This document shows positions 45,701-56,134 of a stretch of 64,000 nucleotides of DNA, one piece after another. The DNA comes from Treponemataceae bacterium (GTDB lineage Bacteria; Spirochaetota; Spirochaetia; Treponematales; Rectinemataceae). The notes under the pieces were generated by a model. It was not told the origin of the DNA and made no database searches. It worked only from the letters and a program-made list of their open reading frames with translations. Position 1 is the stretch's first letter, and every line of letters starts with the position of its first letter. A program made the translations under genes and the position numbers. The stretch spans positions 544,001 to 608,000 of the forward strand of contig CAXXVZ010000005.1 in NCBI GenBank assembly GCA_963678065.2, written 5' to 3'.

Positions 45701-48265
45701 ATGAGGCCGGCAATCCTCGCACTCGCGGCAGCGCTGACCTTGGCCGCCGGCGTCTCCGCCGCGCCCCGCGCGGGTTTTACACACTCCGGAGCCGAGATCC
45801 GCGATATCAGGGTTCTGGGCGACGAGTGGATCTGCGTGGTCCGGGACCCGACCGACGCCATCCTCGCCGAGAGGATTCGGCGTTACGGCCCTCTTCCGAA
45901 ATACCAGGACCCCGGGCACTGGAAACGGCTCCGCGAAATCGGAGTCCAGATCGACGCGATCAGCGCCGAGGCCTCCGCCGCGACTCTCTCCCGGGACTCG
46001 AACTCCGCGTCGTGGCTCGTGAACGGCCTTCCGGTCCGGGCAGTCTCCCTCTGGGCGCAGTCCGTCGGCGCCTTCCCCGACCCCGAATACTCCGATCGTT
46101 CGCTTGAAAGACCGCGGCTCGCGGAATATCTCTACCTGAGGCTCCCTTCCGGACTTCCGGGCCCGACGGGGCCGCGGAGTATTTCGCTCACGCTGACCGC
46201 CCCCGACAAGAGCCTGCACAGCTTCGGGCTGGGCGGAGAGGGCAGCCTGTGCTGGAGTCTCAAGGTCGACCAGGAGGGCTATCTGCCGAAAGGGCCGAAA
46301 ACCGCGTTTTTCGGAATGTGGCTCGGAAAGGCGGGAGCCATGCCCTCAGCACAGCTTGCAGGGCGCTGTTTCCACATCATTCCGGCCGCGACCTCAGCCG
46401 GCACGATGGACCCGAAGCCGGGATCTGCGCCGACGGCGGTCTTCACCGGCACGATCAGGCCCCGCTCGCGGGACGCGGCCACGACGCACAAAGGCGCCCC
46501 CATCTCCGGCGAAGAGCTCTGCGAGCTGGATTTTACCGCCCTCGAAACTCCCGGAACGTACAAGGTCTACATCCCGGGGATCGGAAGTTCCTTCCCCTTT
46601 TCCATCGGCGCGGATGTATTCGGAAACGCGTTCTTCGCGACGGCGCGCGCCCTCTACCATCAGCGCTGCGGCGTCGCCCTGACCCCGGAGTACACGGCCT
46701 GGACGCGCGCAGCCTGCCATACGCAGACCTTCGCCGCCGCCTATCCGCCCGACAACGGCGAAATATACAACAACGCCGCGGGAATCGAGGAGGGGAACAG
46801 AACCTACGGCTTCCGCCTCGCCGACGGAAAGCCCGTGGCCGTCGATGCCTTCACCGTCATCCGCTCCACCGCGACCGGGCGGCCCGTGCCGGGAGTATCG
46901 GGGGGGCATCACGACGCGGCGGACTATGACAGGAGAGCGAGGCATTTCGCCCTGACCTGGTACCTCTGCGGCATCCAGGAACTCTACCCGGAGCACTTCG
47001 CCGACGGCCAGCTGCGGATACCCGAATCAGGGAACGGGATACCTGACATCCTCGACGAGGCCGCGGTCGATGTCGATCTCTGGATGAAGGCCCGCGGGCC
47101 TTCCGGCGAGGTCCCCGGCTGGATCGAAGAGACGCGTCACCCGACGCGGACCGAAACCGCGGCCGAGGACAGCTCTCCGATGTATCTCTCCCTGCCGGAC
47201 CGGGCCTCATCCTTCGCCTTCGCGGCAGCAGCCGCCCTTCTCTCGCGCCGGATCGCGCCCTACGCCCCCGCGAAAGCCAAGTCCTACATCGAGGCGGCGG
47301 TGAAAGCCTACACGTGGGCGGCGGACCCGGAAAACAGAATCAAGGGGCTGTCATTCCGGATCAAGGACGAGGAGGGCCGCTCCGGACTCGCGGGCAAGCT
47401 CGTCCTGTACGACGAGGCGCCGGAGTTGTCGGCGCGGGGAAGGCTGGACAGCCTCCTCGCAGCCCTCCAGCTCGCCGCCGCGACCGGCGACCGGCGGTAT
47501 ATCGCGGATTTTCGCTCACCTGGAGGCGCCGCACGAAAATCAGGCATCGACGCGCTCCTCGCGGCCCTGCCGGACGCCATCCCGCCATTCGCCCTCGTGA
47601 CCCCGCTCTTCGGCGGGATTCTCGAGAAGGCCGAGCGGGACAAACTGGCCGCCGCGGTCCTGCGGGAGGCCGATCTCCTGCGCTCAGGCTCGGAGAGCCT
47701 TCCCTACCGGACCCTGTGGCGTCCTGCAGAGCACGGGTACTTCAGTTTCATGGCATGGGGGAGCGTGCACGGGGCCCTGCGGGCCGGGATGGAAATACTC
47801 GCGTTCAGACTGACGGGTTCGGATCTCTATCGGCAGGCCATGCTGCGCGGGGCGGACTGGGAGCTCGGGGCGAACGAACTGGGCTCATCCATGATAACCG
47901 GTCTCGGCACGGTCTTCCCCGTCGTCCTCCAGCACATCGAGAGCGACAGGGACGGAATACCGGAACCGGTGCCCGGCATCGCGCCCTTCGCCCTGACATA
48001 CGGAATCACGCAATCGGCCCGGAAATGGCAGTTCGGACCGCTCGCGCTGGCCGGGGAACCGGAAGATGTCTATCCGATAATGCGGAGGAAATTCATCCAT
48101 CCCTTCCTCGAACCCTCGCAGAACGAGTTCACCGTGATGGAGAGCGTCGCTCCCCAGGCAGCGCTTTTCGGCGCCCTGATCCCGGCGGGATGGACGCCGC
48201 CGCGCGGTCTCGAGACGAGAAGCCCCCGCCCCGCGGCGAGCCTCGTCAGCTACCCCCAGCCCTGA
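45701..48265 (+). CDS. Secreted GH9-family glycoside hydrolase with N-terminal Ig-like domain
   Basis: VDQEGYLP, LYHQRCG, GGHHDAADY, PESGNGIPDILDEA, LGAN..G.SMITGLG, QNEFTV. Confidence 0.82.
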   Translation: MRPAILALAAALTLAAGVSAAPRAGFTHSGAEIRDIRVLGDEWICVVRDPTDAILAERIRRYGPLPKYQDPGHWKRLREIGVQIDAISAEASAATLSRDSNSASWLVNGLPVRAVSLWAQSVGAFPDPEYSDRSLERPRLAEYLYLRLPSGLPGPTGPRSISLTLTAPDKSLHSFGLGGEGSLCWSLKVDQEGYLPKGPKTAFFGMWLGKAGAMPSAQLAGRCFHIIPAATSAGTMDPKPGSAPTAVFTGTIRPRSRDAATTHKGAPISGEELCELDFTALETPGTYKVYIPGIGSSFPFSIGADVFGNAFFATARALYHQRCGVALTPEYTAWTRAACHTQTFAAAYPPDNGEIYNNAAGIEEGNRTYGFRLADGKPVAVDAFTVIRSTATGRPVPGVSGGHHDAADYDRRARHFALTWYLCGIQELYPEHFADGQLRIPESGNGIPDILDEAAVDVDLWMKARGPSGEVPGWIEETRHPTRTETAAEDSSPMYLSLPDRASSFAFAAAAALLSRRIAPYAPAKAKSYIEAAVKAYTWAADPENRIKGLSFRIKDEEGRSGLAGKLVLYDEAPELSARGRLDSLLAALQLAAATGDRRYIADFRSPGGAARKSGIDALLAALPDAIPPFALVTPLFGGILEKAERDKLAAAVLREADLLRSGSESLPYRTLWRPAEHGYFSFMAWGSVHGALRAGMEILAFRLTGSDLYRQAMLRGADWELGANELGSSMITGLGTVFPVVLQHIESDRDGIPEPVPGIAPFALTYGITQSARKWQFGPLALAGEPEDVYPIMRRKFIHPFLEPSQNEFTVMESVAPQAALFGALIPAGWTPPRGLETRSPRPAASLVSYPQP

Positions 48266-49181
48266 CCAGCTCCTCGATCTCGCTCCTGAAGGGCATGGCC
48301 GGGGCGGTCCCTATCCGCGTCACGGAGATGGCGGCCGCCGCGCTCGCGAAGGAGGCCGCCGCGACGACGTCCCGCCCCTCGGCTATGGCCACCGCGAAGG
48401 CTCCGTTGTAGGAGTCGCCGGCGCCCGTCGTGTCAACGACCTCGACCCGATACGCCGGGACGAAGGTATACTGCCCTTTTCTGTCCAGGACGAGAGAACC
48501 CTTGTCCCCGAGGGTGACGATGACCGTGGCCGCCCCGCGCGAGCGCAGGATTTCCGCAGCCAGTCCCGCATCCTCGACTGTCTTCACGCCGAGGCCGGAG
48601 AGGGTCGAAGCTTCAGCCTCGTTCGGAGTCAGATAATCGATCAGAGGATAGCACTCCGGCGGTATTTCCTGCGCGGGGGCCGGGTTGCAGACAGTCATCA
48701 TGCCGAGCTCGCGCGCCTTGGCGAGCGCCGCGGACATAGCGTCCATGTTCGTCTCGAGCTGGACGACAAGAACTTTGGCCTTTCCCTGCGCCGCGATCGC
48801 GGCTTCGACCCGCGCCGGATCCAGATGGTCGCAGGCTCCGGGAATGACCAGGATGGAATTGTCGCCCGTATTCTCGTCGACGAGGATGAGGGCCGCGCCC
48901 GTCGGATGTTCATCCGTCCTCGAAACGCCGGAAGTCCCGATGCCTTCGGCGCGGAAATTGGCCATGGCCATTTCGCCGAAATCATCGTTGCCGAGCTGGG
49001 TGATCATGGACACCTCGCCTCCTGCCCGCGCGGCCGCGACGGCCTGGTTGGCGCCCTTCCCTCCCGGCCCCATTTTGAAGAATCCGCCTTTGACGGTCTC
49101 CCCCACGCCGGGAAGCCTCGGGCCGCGCCCCATGAGGTCGGCCACGAAACTCCCCATCACGATAATGCCTGGCTTGGACAT
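48246..49181 (-). CDS. rbsK: Ribokinase/PfkB-family kinase
   Basis: GGKGANQAVAAAR, NPAPA, PNEAEA, VDTTGAGD. Confidence 0.85.
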   Translation of the reverse strand: MSKPGIIVMGSFVADLMGRGPRLPGVGETVKGGFFKMGPGGKGANQAVAAARAGGEVSMITQLGNDDFGEMAMANFRAEGIGTSGVSRTDEHPTGAALILVDENTGDNSILVIPGACDHLDPARVEAAIAAQGKAKVLVVQLETNMDAMSAALAKARELGMMTVCNPAPAQEIPPECYPLIDYLTPNEAEASTLSGLGVKTVEDAGLAAEILRSRGAATVIVTLGDKGSLVLDRKGQYTFVPAYRVEVVDTTGAGDSYNGAFAVAIAEGRDVVAAASFASAAAAISVTRIGTAPAMPFRSEIEELVRAGGS

Positions 49182-49816
49182 CAGTTTATCCCCGGCTCCC
49201 ACGCGATATACTCGGAAAGGCTCTCGAACAGAATCTTTCCGACGACGGCGCCGCCGTCGACGATGCCGAGACTCTTGTCCCCGTAATACGCGGCTCGGCC
49301 ATGCACGGACTTCATCATCTTGGTGTTCTCGCTGCCTTGGGCCGCCGCCTCCGCGGCGTAGCGGAAGGCCACCCGGCTGCCTTCGGCGGCATGCTCCGCG
49401 AGCGCCTTCACGGCGGGGCAGACCGAATCGAGGATGGTCTTCTCGCCCGGTTTGGCCTTGGTCTTTTCCATCACCATCGCGACCCCGGCTTCCATCGCAG
49501 CGACGAGATCGGAGAAGGTCGCATGGGCCTTCCCCTTCATCGCCTTGGCCATCGCGAGAAAGAAGATGGAGGTGATGGTCCCCAGGGTCGAGGGGGCGCT
49601 CTCATTGAAGATCGACGAGCATCTCATGAGCGCCTTCCCGAGGTCGGTCTCCTCCGTCGAGTCGAGCCAGCTGAAAATGGCGTTGTAGCCTTCGCTCATG
49701 GAAATGCCGAGATCCCCGTCGCCGTTGCGCTGGTCGAGTTCGACGAGATATTCCTTGTTGTCGGACATGGCCGCGCTTATGCAGTCGATCGCGCCTCTCA
49801 GGTTCGAAATATCCAT
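49181..49816 (-). CDS. dhaL: Dihydroxyacetone kinase subunit L-like
   Basis: LD..NGDGDLG, GEKTILD, GRAAY, DGGA. Confidence 0.85.
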   Translation of the reverse strand: MDISNLRGAIDCISAAMSDNKEYLVELDQRNGDGDLGISMSEGYNAIFSWLDSTEETDLGKALMRCSSIFNESAPSTLGTITSIFFLAMAKAMKGKAHATFSDLVAAMEAGVAMVMEKTKAKPGEKTILDSVCPAVKALAEHAAEGSRVAFRYAAEAAAQGSENTKMMKSVHGRAAYYGDKSLGIVDGGAVVGKILFESLSEYIAWEPGIN

Positions 49817-49827
49817 CGCGTCCCCGC

Positions 49828-50835
49828 CTATTTGTTGGAGTTGGTGTAGAAGGGCGTCGAACCGGGAGCCATGAGAAGGGCTTTCCGCTCCGTATCCAGT
49901 TTCATGACCGTGATGGAGAGGCCGGCCATCTCCATCGAGGTCGCGAACTCCCCTATGTGGGGCATGAAAGCGGCGATTCCCGCCGTTTTCAGCTTCGAGA
50001 AGACGCGGCGATAGACGATGAGGAGCTCCTCGAGCGGAGTCGCCCCGAGCCCGTTCACCATGACGGAGACCTCATCGCCCGGGGCCAGCGGCATATCGGC
50101 GAGAATCCGCGCGAGGACAGTGTCGGCGATCTCGTCGGCGCTCATCATGGGCCGCACCTCGATTCCGGGCTCGCCGTGGATGCCCATGCCGATTTCGATT
50201 TCGTCGTCCGCGATCGAGAACGTGGGTTTCCCGACCTGAGGGACGATGCAGGGGGAGAGGGCCACGCCCATGGTGCGCGTATTGTCCAGGGCCTTCTGCG
50301 CGACGGCTGCGACTTCCTCGAGTGTCCTGCCCTCTTCCGCGGCCGCCCCCGCGATTTTGAAGGCGTAGACCATTCCCGCGACACCGCGGCGCTTGTCGGA
50401 ATTTCCGGCGATGGCGGAAGCCACGTCATCCTTGACGCGGACCGTCTTCGTCTTTATGTCCTCGAAATCCGCCATCTCGCAGGCCATGTCGAAATTGAGA
50501 TTGTCGCCGCCGTAATTTCCGTAGAGACAGAGGACGCCGGAGCCGTGGTCGCAGGCTTTTATCATATTGAACATTTTCTGGGAGGAAGGCGACGCGAATA
50601 CATTGCCGACAGCGCAGCCGTCGAGCATCCCTTCCCCGACGTAGCCGAGGAAGACGGGCAGGTGCCCCGATCCGCCGCCCGTCACGATGCCGACCTTGCC
50701 GGGCCGCACCGGGGTATTCCGGAGGACTATCCTTCTGTCGCCGTCGAGGGTTTTCAGCTTGTCGCCGTAGGCGCACATGATGCCATCGATCACTTCGTCC
50801 ACGAAGTTTTCGGGTCTGTTGATGACTTTTCTCAC
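49828..50835 (-). CDS. dhaK: Dihydroxyacetone kinase subunit K-like
   Basis: GGGSGH.P, GNVFASP, NYGGD, DDVAS, RRGVAG, GMGIHGEPG. Confidence 0.88.
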   Translation of the reverse strand: MRKVINRPENFVDEVIDGIMCAYGDKLKTLDGDRRIVLRNTPVRPGKVGIVTGGGSGHLPVFLGYVGEGMLDGCAVGNVFASPSSQKMFNMIKACDHGSGVLCLYGNYGGDNLNFDMACEMADFEDIKTKTVRVKDDVASAIAGNSDKRRGVAGMVYAFKIAGAAAEEGRTLEEVAAVAQKALDNTRTMGVALSPCIVPQVGKPTFSIADDEIEIGMGIHGEPGIEVRPMMSADEIADTVLARILADMPLAPGDEVSVMVNGLGATPLEELLIVYRRVFSKLKTAGIAAFMPHIGEFATSMEMAGLSITVMKLDTERKALLMAPGSTPFYTNSNK

Positions 50836-50848
50836 AGTATTCCTCCCT

Positions 50849-50876
50849 GACTCTGTGTCGCCGACTCTGTGTCGCC
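50849..50876. repeat. 14-bp perfect tandem duplication GACTCTGTGTCGCC
   Basis: Read directly, just upstream of the dhaK RBS. Confidence 0.8.
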
Positions 50877-50913
50877 GCGGATAGTGCCCGCAAAGCGACA
50901 GGCCTGGCATCCG

Positions 50914-51624
50914 TCAAATGCCCAGATATGCCTTCCTGACTTCGGGATCGACGAGGAGGGCCTTCCCCGTGCCTTCCGTCGCTATGTGCCCGGTCACGAG
51001 AACGTAACCCCGGTCCGCCACCTGGAGCGCCATGGCCGCATTCTGCTCGATCAGCAGTATCGTCTTTCCCCGCTTCTTGATCTTGAGGATGAGCTCGAAA
51101 ATTTCCTCGACGACGATGGGCGCGAGGCCGAGCGAGGGTTCGTCGAGCATGATCAGCTCGGGATCCATCATGAGTCCGCGGGCTATGGCCAGCATCTGTT
51201 GCTCTCCGCCCGAAAGCGAACCGCCTCCCTGCTCCATGCGCTCGGAGAGGCGGGGGAAGAGTGTGTACACTTCCTCGAACAGCCTCTCCTTGTCTTCCTT
51301 CTTGAGAGAAGGATTCCCGACAGTCCCGGCCACGAGGTTTTCGCGCACGGTGAGCGCCGGGAATATGCGCCGCCCTTCGGGAACGTGGCAGATTCCCATC
51401 TTCACGATCCTGTGCGGCGGCATCCTGGTGATGTCGGCGCCCTTGAAGGTTATGCGACCTTCCATTTTGTCGACGAGATTGGAGATGGACATGAGGGTCG
51501 TCGTCTTCCCCGCGCCGTTGCCGCCGATCAGCGTGATGATCTCGCCTTGTCCGACATGGAGGCTCACACTGGCGAGGGCGGAAATGTGCCCGTAGTTCAC
51601 GCTGAGGTTTTCTATGACGAGCAT
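50914..51624 (-). CDS. LivF-like ABC ATPase
   Basis: GGNGAGKTT, VPEGRRIF, LSGGEQQMLA, LDEPSLGLAP. Confidence 0.9.
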   Translation of the reverse strand: MLVIENLSVNYGHISALASVSLHVGQGEIITLIGGNGAGKTTTLMSISNLVDKMEGRITFKGADITRMPPHRIVKMGICHVPEGRRIFPALTVRENLVAGTVGNPSLKKEDKERLFEEVYTLFPRLSERMEQGGGSLSGGEQQMLAIARGLMMDPELIMLDEPSLGLAPIVVEEIFELILKIKKRGKTILLIEQNAAMALQVADRGYVLVTGHIATEGTGKALLVDPEVRKAYLGI

Positions 51625-52409
51625 CACGCAATCCCCCCGACGATCAGTCCCTTTCCGAAATAAGCCTCGTTCACACCCTTGTCGCCCCGCACCGTTTCGG
51701 GACTGCCCTCGCATATCTTCTGGCCGAAATTGAGCACAAGGATACGGTTGCAGGTGTTCATGACGAATTTCATGTCGTGTTCGATGACCGCTATCGTATA
51801 ACCGTCCTTGTTGAGCTTGATGATGAAATCGCTCAGGGACTTGGTCTCTATCGGATTCATGCCTGCGACAGGCTCGTCGAGGAGGAGGATCTTCGGGTCG
51901 AGGGCGAGGGCCCGGGCGATCTCGACCTTGCGCTGTATACCGTAGGGAAGATTGCTGGCCAGGGTGTCCCTGAACTCGGTGAGCCCGACCCGCTCGAGGA
52001 CCTCGAGTCCTTTTTCCGTCGCGAGCGTTTCGTCGGCCCGGTATTGTCTGTCGCGCAGCATCGCCTGGAGCATACCCGTCTTCGTGCGGATGTGGAAGCC
52101 GATCTTCACGTTCTCGAGGACGGTCATGTACTTGAAAAGCTGTATGTTCTGGAAAGTCCGGGCCATGCCGAGTCGGGCGATCTTCTCGGAGGGCAGGCCG
52201 TTTATGGACTGTCCCCGGAAAAAGATTTCTCCGGAGGTCGGCTTGAAAATTCCGGAACATATGTTGAAGAAAGTCGTCTTTCCCGCGCCGTTCGGCCCGA
52301 TGACGCCGAATATGTCGCCCTCTTCGATGCGCATGTTGACTTTCTCGACCGCCTTGAGTCCGCCGAAATACTGACAGACATCGCGGGCTTCGAGCATGGG
52401 CGTTTTCAT
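51624..52409 (-). CDS. LivG-like ABC ATPase
   Basis: FGGLKAV, GPNGAGKTT, RTFQN, LPYG, LDEP, IEHDM. Confidence 0.9.
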   Translation of the reverse strand: MKTPMLEARDVCQYFGGLKAVEKVNMRIEEGDIFGVIGPNGAGKTTFFNICSGIFKPTSGEIFFRGQSINGLPSEKIARLGMARTFQNIQLFKYMTVLENVKIGFHIRTKTGMLQAMLRDRQYRADETLATEKGLEVLERVGLTEFRDTLASNLPYGIQRKVEIARALALDPKILLLDEPVAGMNPIETKSLSDFIIKLNKDGYTIAVIEHDMKFVMNTCNRILVLNFGQKICEGSPETVRGDKGVNEAYFGKGLIVGGIA

Positions 52410-53434
52410 TTTGCGCCTCCCGCGGTCTTGACGCCGGCCTTGCGCGGCAGACGCCCGCCTTTGCGCATGCGCCCTCCGGCGAGGATGGAATTGGAGGCGC
52501 CCACAAGACCCTGCGGCCTCAGCCACATCATGATGATGATGAGGAGGGCGTAGACGACGAGACGGTACTGCGAAATGGGTCTGAGGAATTCCGTGAGGAA
52601 GTTGACGATGACGGAACCGACGATCGGTCCCACCAGCGTTCCCTGGCCGCCGATGATGACCATCGAGAGGATGTTGAATCCCTCGTCGAGGGTGAACATG
52701 TCCGACGAGATGAACTTGAAATAGGGCGCGAAGGCTGCGCCCGCTATTCCGGCCCAGAACGCTCCGTACATGAAATTCATGGCCTTGTAGCGGCTCGTCT
52801 CGACGCCGAGAGATTTCGCGGCGAGTTCGTCCTCGCGGATGGAGACCCAGGCGCGTCCGACGCGCGACTTGATGATCCTGTTCGTCAGGAAAAAGAAGAT
52901 GAGGGCCAGGGCGTAGAATATGTAGTAGTAGTGTATCGACCTCGAGATCTTGAATCCGCCCAGGAAGGGCGAGGGGATATTCTTGATCCCGACGGGGCCG
53001 CCGGTGAAGGCTTCCCAGTTGAGGACGATGAGCCGGATGATTTCGGAGGATCCCAGGGTGACGATCGCGAGGTAGATACCCCGGAGCCGGAGCGTCGGCA
53101 GCGAGACAAACAAGCCGATCAGCGCCGCCGCGACGCCCGAAACCGGCAGCGCGATCCAGAAGGATATGCCGAGCTTCGTCGCCAGAATGGCCTCGCAGTA
53201 CGCCCCCACGCAATAGAACCCGGCGTGTCCGATGTTGAACTGACCGGAATATCCGTTGATGACGTTGAGCGATCCCGCGAGGATGGAATACATGAAAATG
53301 CGGCACATCACACCCATCGCGTAGGACTTCGGATAGATCTGCGGAAGGACGACGAGGAAGAGAAGCAGGGCGCCGAGAAGGGCATACCGGACAGTCTTCG
53401 GTATTTTCCGGAACAGTGTGACGGCGGCGTTCAT
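52406..53434 (-). CDS. LivM-like ABC permease
   Basis: GYSGQFNIGH, RLRGIYLAIVTL, IREDELAA. Confidence 0.9.
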   Translation of the reverse strand: MNAAVTLFRKIPKTVRYALLGALLLFLVVLPQIYPKSYAMGVMCRIFMYSILAGSLNVINGYSGQFNIGHAGFYCVGAYCEAILATKLGISFWIALPVSGVAAALIGLFVSLPTLRLRGIYLAIVTLGSSEIIRLIVLNWEAFTGGPVGIKNIPSPFLGGFKISRSIHYYYIFYALALIFFFLTNRIIKSRVGRAWVSIREDELAAKSLGVETSRYKAMNFMYGAFWAGIAGAAFAPYFKFISSDMFTLDEGFNILSMVIIGGQGTLVGPIVGSVIVNFLTEFLRPISQYRLVVYALLIIIMMWLRPQGLVGASNSILAGGRMRKGGRLPRKAGVKTAGGAK

Positions 53435-54306
53435 GGCCGTGCTCCTTTCTTGCGTGCGAATCCTTCGGGTTTGAAGAGGAGTACGAGGAGAAGGAAGATG
53501 AAGGCGAAGATGTCGCGGAAACTGGCCGACGCCACCGTGATACCGAGGTTCTCTATGATGCCAAGGCAGAGACCTCCGAGGGCGGCGCTCGGCACATCGG
53601 TGAGGCCGCCGAGGACGGAGGCGGAGAAGGCCTTCATGCCGGCGGATCCTCCCATCGTCGCTATGAGAGTCTGGTAGTATATCGCGAGAAGCATTCCCGC
53701 TATTCCCCCGAGGCCGCAGCCGATGCAGTTGCCCGCGAGGGTCGTAAGCTTCACGTTGATGCCCATGAGGGCGGCCGCTTTCTTGTCCTGACTGACGGCC
53801 CGCAGCATGACGCCCCACCGGGTCCGGTTGAAGAACAGGAACAGGAGAAGGGAGAGCGAGAGGACGGTCGCGATGACGATTATCTGGACGAGGGTGAGTC
53901 CCACTTTTCCCCATCCGAAAAACCTGTTCGGAACGATCTCGAGGAGGGGAAGGTTGTTGGGTCCGATGAGTATCTGCGTGAGGTTCTTGAGGAGCATGCT
54001 CACGCCGATGGTGCAGATGAGGGAAATGTGCCGCGGCGCGTCGAAAAACCTTTCGTAGCAGACCTTGTAGACGAAGACGCCTATGAGGGCCGAGGCGGCG
54101 AAGCTCGCGATGATTCCCAGGAAGAGATTGTTGCCGAAGAACTGGAAGGCGAAATACGAGGCGAAGGCCCCCAGCATCATCACTTCGCCGTGCGTGAAGG
54201 TGACAAGCCCGACGACGCCGACGACCACGGAATACCCGATGGCCATGAGGGCGTAGATCGAACCCTGGCAGATTCCGTTTATCAATTGCGAAAGGTAGTA
54301 ATCCAT
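53431..54306 (-). CDS. LivH-like ABC permease
   Basis: QLINGI..GSIYAL.AIG, HGE, RAVSQD, KPEG. Confidence 0.9.
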   Translation of the reverse strand: MDYYLSQLINGICQGSIYALMAIGYSVVVGVVGLVTFTHGEVMMLGAFASYFAFQFFGNNLFLGIIASFAASALIGVFVYKVCYERFFDAPRHISLICTIGVSMLLKNLTQILIGPNNLPLLEIVPNRFFGWGKVGLTLVQIIVIATVLSLSLLLFLFFNRTRWGVMLRAVSQDKKAAALMGINVKLTTLAGNCIGCGLGGIAGMLLAIYYQTLIATMGGSAGMKAFSASVLGGLTDVPSAALGGLCLGIIENLGITVASASFRDIFAFIFLLLVLLFKPEGFARKKGARP

Positions 54307-54418
54307 TCCGAATCCTTGCGTATCCCGGATGCCGGACATCGCCCGAGCCGCCAGAGACATCCATTGTCCCTGTCGGCCCGGGCGGTGACCTTGTTTGAAA
54401 ATGCTGTCTTTTCAGCCT

Positions 54419-55561
54419 TTACTTGGCGAAATTGAAATCGGTCTTCTTCACGAACTGTCCATTCTCGACGGCGACGATGAGGTACTTGCGATAGATGTCT
54501 CCGTCCGGATTGAACTTGATCGGGCCGGTGAGGCCGGTGAAATCCTTGTTGTTCTGGAGATTCTCGCGGATCGAGTCGCGGGTGACCTTGGCGCCGGAAA
54601 GCTTGATGGCGGCCTCGAGGAGGTAGACGCAGTCGTAGGCTACGGCGGGGTGGACGGTGGGAGCGAATCCGGCGGCCTTCTGGAAGGTGTCGGACCAGGC
54701 TTTGTCGCGTGCGTTGGTCATGTCGAAGAAGAAGGGGGTCGTGAGGAGGAGGCCTTCCGCGTTCTTCTTGGTGAGGTTGAGGATCTGCGCGGAGGTGCCC
54801 GGTCCGAGGGTCGTGATCCTGACATTGGTCCAGCCCGCCTGGGCGATCTGGTTGATGATGGTCGGAACGGCGCCCTGGTCGAGGATGACGATGTGGTCGG
54901 GACTGGGCTTGCGGAGCTTGGCGATGGTGGAACTGAAATCCTTCTCGTCGGCGATGTAGTTGACGTCGGATACGACTTCGAGTCCGTCTTTCAGGGCCTG
55001 AGCCACGAGGTTATCGTGGGCCGACTTGCCCCAGTCGGAGTTGACCCAGATGACACCGATTTTCTTGGCGCCGGCGTACTTCTTGAGGAGGTAGGTCGCG
55101 AAGAAGGGCGCTTCGCCGTCCTGCCGTCCCATGGCGGAGAAGGCGAACTTGCTCATCGACGCGTAGTTGGGATTGGACGCTGTCGGGGAGAGCTGGACGA
55201 TTCCGGCCTCGTCGATGATGGGCGCGTTGGCCATGCAGCAGGAGCTCGTGAAATCGCCGATGATGGCCATGACGCTCTGGTCGTCGCCGAACTGGCGGGC
55301 GAGGTCGGCGCTCTCTTTCGGATCGCCCTTGGAATCCTTGACGATGAGCTCGATCTTCATCTCGCCCTTGGCGTTGATCTCATCGGCGGCCATTTTCGTC
55401 GCAATCTGGAAGCCCTTGCCGTACTCGGCGTTGGTGCCCGTGATGGGCGCGAGGACGCCGAATTTGTAGGTCTTCACCGGGCCGGCGCCGAAGGCCACCG
55501 CGGCCGAAGCCAGAAGCAAAACGCCCAGAACCAGAACGCGGAAGCTTGTACTCTTCTTCAT
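54419..55561 (-). CDS. LivJ/K-like periplasmic binding protein
   Basis: Signal peptide, GVLAPITG, INAKG, IIGDFTS, YD, G.TGPIKF. Confidence 0.88.
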   Translation of the reverse strand: MKKSTSFRVLVLGVLLLASAAVAFGAGPVKTYKFGVLAPITGTNAEYGKGFQIATKMAADEINAKGEMKIELIVKDSKGDPKESADLARQFGDDQSVMAIIGDFTSSCCMANAPIIDEAGIVQLSPTASNPNYASMSKFAFSAMGRQDGEAPFFATYLLKKYAGAKKIGVIWVNSDWGKSAHDNLVAQALKDGLEVVSDVNYIADEKDFSSTIAKLRKPSPDHIVILDQGAVPTIINQIAQAGWTNVRITTLGPGTSAQILNLTKKNAEGLLLTTPFFFDMTNARDKAWSDTFQKAAGFAPTVHPAVAYDCVYLLEAAIKLSGAKVTRDSIRENLQNNKDFTGLTGPIKFNPDGDIYRKYLIVAVENGQFVKKTDFNFAK

Positions 55562-55630
55562 TCCTCTTCTCCTTGCGGAAATTTCCATCCACAAAACTTG
55601 TGGATACGCCTCAGAATTCATCGACTCCGG

Positions 55631-56125
55631 TCACTTGTGAAAATGGAGCTTGCAGGTCGCGCAGCCGTGGGAAATCGTATCGCCGAGATCGAACTTGAGA
55701 CCCATGGCCTCGGCGATGCCCCTGTCGCCGTCCATCGCTATGTCGCAGAACAGCTCGATCTTCTCGGCCGAAAGACCCAACTTCTGCCAGGCCGCGACGA
55801 GAGGACAGTAATGGAATTCGGCCTTCAGGTTTTTTCCGTCCACGCCGACGACGTCGATCTCGAAATTCTTCTTTCCATCCTCGAAGAGGAAGACATCGTT
55901 GAAGACCGTGACATCGTCGGGATTGCTGCAGCGCGCCTTGATGCCCACTCCGTGGATGTTTCCGCATTTGCGGACCGCCGCGCGGGTGAGTTTTTCCGCG
56001 TCGACGCCGGCCTTCTCCATCTCGTCGTAGGTGAGCGCCATCCAGGTCGCACGGTGTTCGATGCACATGCGCGCAAGATCGATCTTTTCTTCCTTGATGC
56101 TCGGAACATTGACTATCTCAGCCAT
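55631..56125 (-). CDS. L-2-amino-thiazoline-4-carboxylate (ATC) hydrolase-like protein
   Basis: FHYCPLVAAW...LFCDIAMDGD...TISHGCATC cysteine pattern. Confidence 0.65.
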   Translation of the reverse strand: MAEIVNVPSIKEEKIDLARMCIEHRATWMALTYDEMEKAGVDAEKLTRAAVRKCGNIHGVGIKARCSNPDDVTVFNDVFLFEDGKKNFEIDVVGVDGKNLKAEFHYCPLVAAWQKLGLSAEKIELFCDIAMDGDRGIAEAMGLKFDLGDTISHGCATCKLHFHK

Positions 56126-56134
56126 GATCTCTCC

